A stretch of 64,000 bases of DNA. It comes from an uncultured Methanosarcinales archaeon (GTDB taxonomy: Archaea; Nanobdellota; Nanobdellia; Woesearchaeales; WJKR01). The notes under the pieces were generated by a model that did not search any database, was not told the DNA's origin, and was given only the letters and a program-made list of their open reading frames with translations. Where the stretch lies: NCBI GenBank assembly GCA_964556395.1, contig CAZKVR010000004.1:9025-73024 (forward strand). Reading direction: 5' to 3'. Both the position numbers and the translations under genes were made by a program. Shown here piece after piece: positions 62,368-64,000 of this stretch (the first letter of the stretch is position 1; every line of letters begins with the position of its first letter).

Positions 62368-62889
62368 ATGGGCTACTACGACGACCTCGCACCAGGGTAT
62401 GACGAACTCCACCAGGAAGAGCAGGAGCGGAAGCTCGACATCATCCTCGAAGAATTGGCGAAGATGGATGTGGAGGGCGACATCCTCGATGTGGGGTGCG
62501 GCACAGGCTTCAGCCTCGACGCGTTGGCAAAGGCGTTTCCAGACAGCAAGTGCATCGGCGTGGAGCCGAGCAGCGGGATGCGCGAGCAGTACAAGGGAAA
62601 AGAGAAACTCGTGGCGGGCGAGGCCGAATGCCTGCCGTTTCCTGACGACAGGTTCGGCGCGACGGTGAGCCTGACCGCCATCCAGAACTTCGCCGACGTG
62701 AGCCGTGGCGTGGCGGAGATGGTCCGTGTCACGCAGTCCGGCGGGGCGCTCGTCGTGACGTGCCTGAAGAAGAGCCGCAAGCTCAAGGAGGTGTCGCGCG
62801 AGTTGGCGGAGCAGGCGGTCGTCGAGGACGTCATCGAGGAGGAGAAGGACCTCGTCTTCAGGTGCCGGGCGCCAGACCACACATTTTAA
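62368..62889 (+). CDS. Class I SAM-dependent methyltransferase
   Basis: It has motif I (ILDVGCGTG) and a post-I acidic residue. The start is moved to MGYYDDLAPGYD (62368), 28 nt from TTTTTATAAAG. Confidence 0.85.
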   Translation: MGYYDDLAPGYDELHQEEQERKLDIILEELAKMDVEGDILDVGCGTGFSLDALAKAFPDSKCIGVEPSSGMREQYKGKEKLVAGEAECLPFPDDRFGATVSLTAIQNFADVSRGVAEMVRVTQSGGALVVTCLKKSRKLKEVSRELAEQAVVEDVIEEEKDLVFRCRAPDHTF

Positions 62890-62914
62890 ATACTGCTTCT
62901 TCCGATGAGAGACC

Positions 62915-63664
62915 ATGAGGTTCAGCGAGCGCGTCGGCCGGATGTTCCAGTCGTTCCTGCCGCAGCGCTACCGCAACCTGACGGCGGCGCCGTTGAAAGA
63001 TGTGATGCGGACGGCGATGGTCGCGTTTCTCCTCATCCTCTTGCTGTCCGTCTTGTCGGCGGTGCCGCAGATACTGCAGATGCCCGACCGCCTGGCGGCG
63101 CGGGCAGCCCCCTTGTCGGAGGCGAACTTCTCAGCCAACCTGACAGTGACAGAGCCAGTCGTGCTGAACGAGCGGCCGCTGGTCGTGGTCGAGACCGACA
63201 AGGAGAACCTCACTGATGAAAGAGTGCTGATCAACGAGGACGGCATGCAATTCCGACGACCATTCTGGCAGGGCGTGAAGCGGACGTCGTGGGAGGCGTT
63301 CGACAACCCGTCAGGGCTGGTGCGACAGCATGAGGGCGTGCTGGTCACGCTGGCGCTCCTGCTCCTCCCGTCGGCAATCATCGCGTTGGGCCTAGCAGGG
63401 GCGGCCGTGATGATAACTCTCGTGGTGGCAACATTCCTCTTGGGCCGCCTGGTGACCAAGCTGGCACGGTTCCGGATACGAACGAAGCCGTTCCTCAAGG
63501 TGTGCGTCATCGCGAGCACGCCGTTCGTCGCAATCCTCCTGTTGCCGTTCTTCTACCTTAAATGGATCCTAGTGCCTGTGGCCGCGTACCTCCTCCTCGT
63601 CTTCTTGGGGACGTGGCTCGTCGGTGAAGGGAAGCATGAGCACAAGCCTTCTTCGAACGAATGA
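62915..63664 (+). CDS. Hypothetical polytopic membrane protein
   Basis: It has several hydrophobic helices and host codon style. An ATTTTAAATAC box lies 27 nt upstream. Confidence 0.65.
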   Translation: MRFSERVGRMFQSFLPQRYRNLTAAPLKDVMRTAMVAFLLILLLSVLSAVPQILQMPDRLAARAAPLSEANFSANLTVTEPVVLNERPLVVVETDKENLTDERVLINEDGMQFRRPFWQGVKRTSWEAFDNPSGLVRQHEGVLVTLALLLLPSAIIALGLAGAAVMITLVVATFLLGRLVTKLARFRIRTKPFLKVCVIASTPFVAILLLPFFYLKWILVPVAAYLLLVFLGTWLVGEGKHEHKPSSNE

Positions 63665-63886
63665 GGACTCGTGAGTATGAGACACACAAACAGCTCTGTC
63701 CAGAAAGGAACAGATTTGTATACTGCAGCAAAGCCACAATATTTCTTCTCGAAGAGAAAAAGCATACTTTGATGGGCGCTCACATACTCATTGCATTATT
63801 CTGGACAGAGCTACACAAACAAAATATTTATATAGTAGTATCTTTTTTTGTATACTCACGTACGTTTTACATGTAAGGTGACAGAT

Positions 63887-64000
63887 ATGGAATTCAGAAA
63901 TATCAAGAACGCAAAAGTACGGGAACTCGCCCAGACCCTCAAGCAGAACGGCCTCGCAGCCTCCGAAACCGAAGCGATCAGGATGGCCGAGAACATGACA
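63887..64000 (+). CDS. Hypothetical protein, N-terminal fragment (continues past the window)
   Basis: It begins MEFRNIKNAKVRELAQTLKQNGLAASETEAIRMAENMT.... AAGGTGA precedes the ATG and codons are host-like. Confidence 0.45.
   Translation, partial: MEFRNIKNAKVRELAQTLKQNGLAASETEAIRMAENMT

Overview
This is a gene-dense archaeal chromosome segment of about 85 features. Coding regions are G/C-rich at third codon positions and intergenic spacers are short and A/T-rich. Archaeal hallmarks include Orc1/Cdc6, ATP-dependent DNA ligase, FtsZ, the rpoE'-spt4-rps24e-rps27ae cluster, TFS, class I CCA-adding enzyme, Taw1/TYW1, RtcB with archease, SecF/SecD, RibL and one tRNA-Val(GAC). The lineage cannot be fixed from sequence alone; the content would fit a small-genome, surface-attached archaeon, but that is a guess. 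Most genes have a TTTAAA/TATA-like box about 24-30 nt upstream of the start codon, which implies largely leaderless mRNAs. This let me trim many N-terminal extensions in the supplied ORF track. Many long ORFs in that track are antisense or off-frame shadows. Items that look accessory or unexplained: (1) a visibly lower-GC cassette with a Shine-Dalgarno-type (SD) leader, encoding radical SAM, DegT aminotransferase and CYTH, next to an Lrp regulator; (2) a type IV pilus/Tad-like locus with a Cys-rich secreted protein and sequon-rich pilin-like proteins; (3) a tyrosine-integrase C-terminal remnant with a RelE toxin-antitoxin pair; (4) small ORFs missed by the track, namely three translationally coupled ORFs of 42-44 aa after orc1/cdc6, a 26-aa ORF with its own promoter and a PIP-box-like motif, and a 55-aa membrane ORF; (5) a 420-bp spacer with two tandem GC-clamped structural modules and a duplicated promoter 13-mer, a candidate ncRNA; (6) origin recognition box (ORB)-like TGTCCAGTGG repeats after orc1; (7) an OapABC-like GTPase operon whose Zn-ribbon gene has no canonical in-frame start codon; (8) a multidomain DsbA-like oxidoreductase pair. 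All functional calls come from motif recognition by eye. No database search was run.
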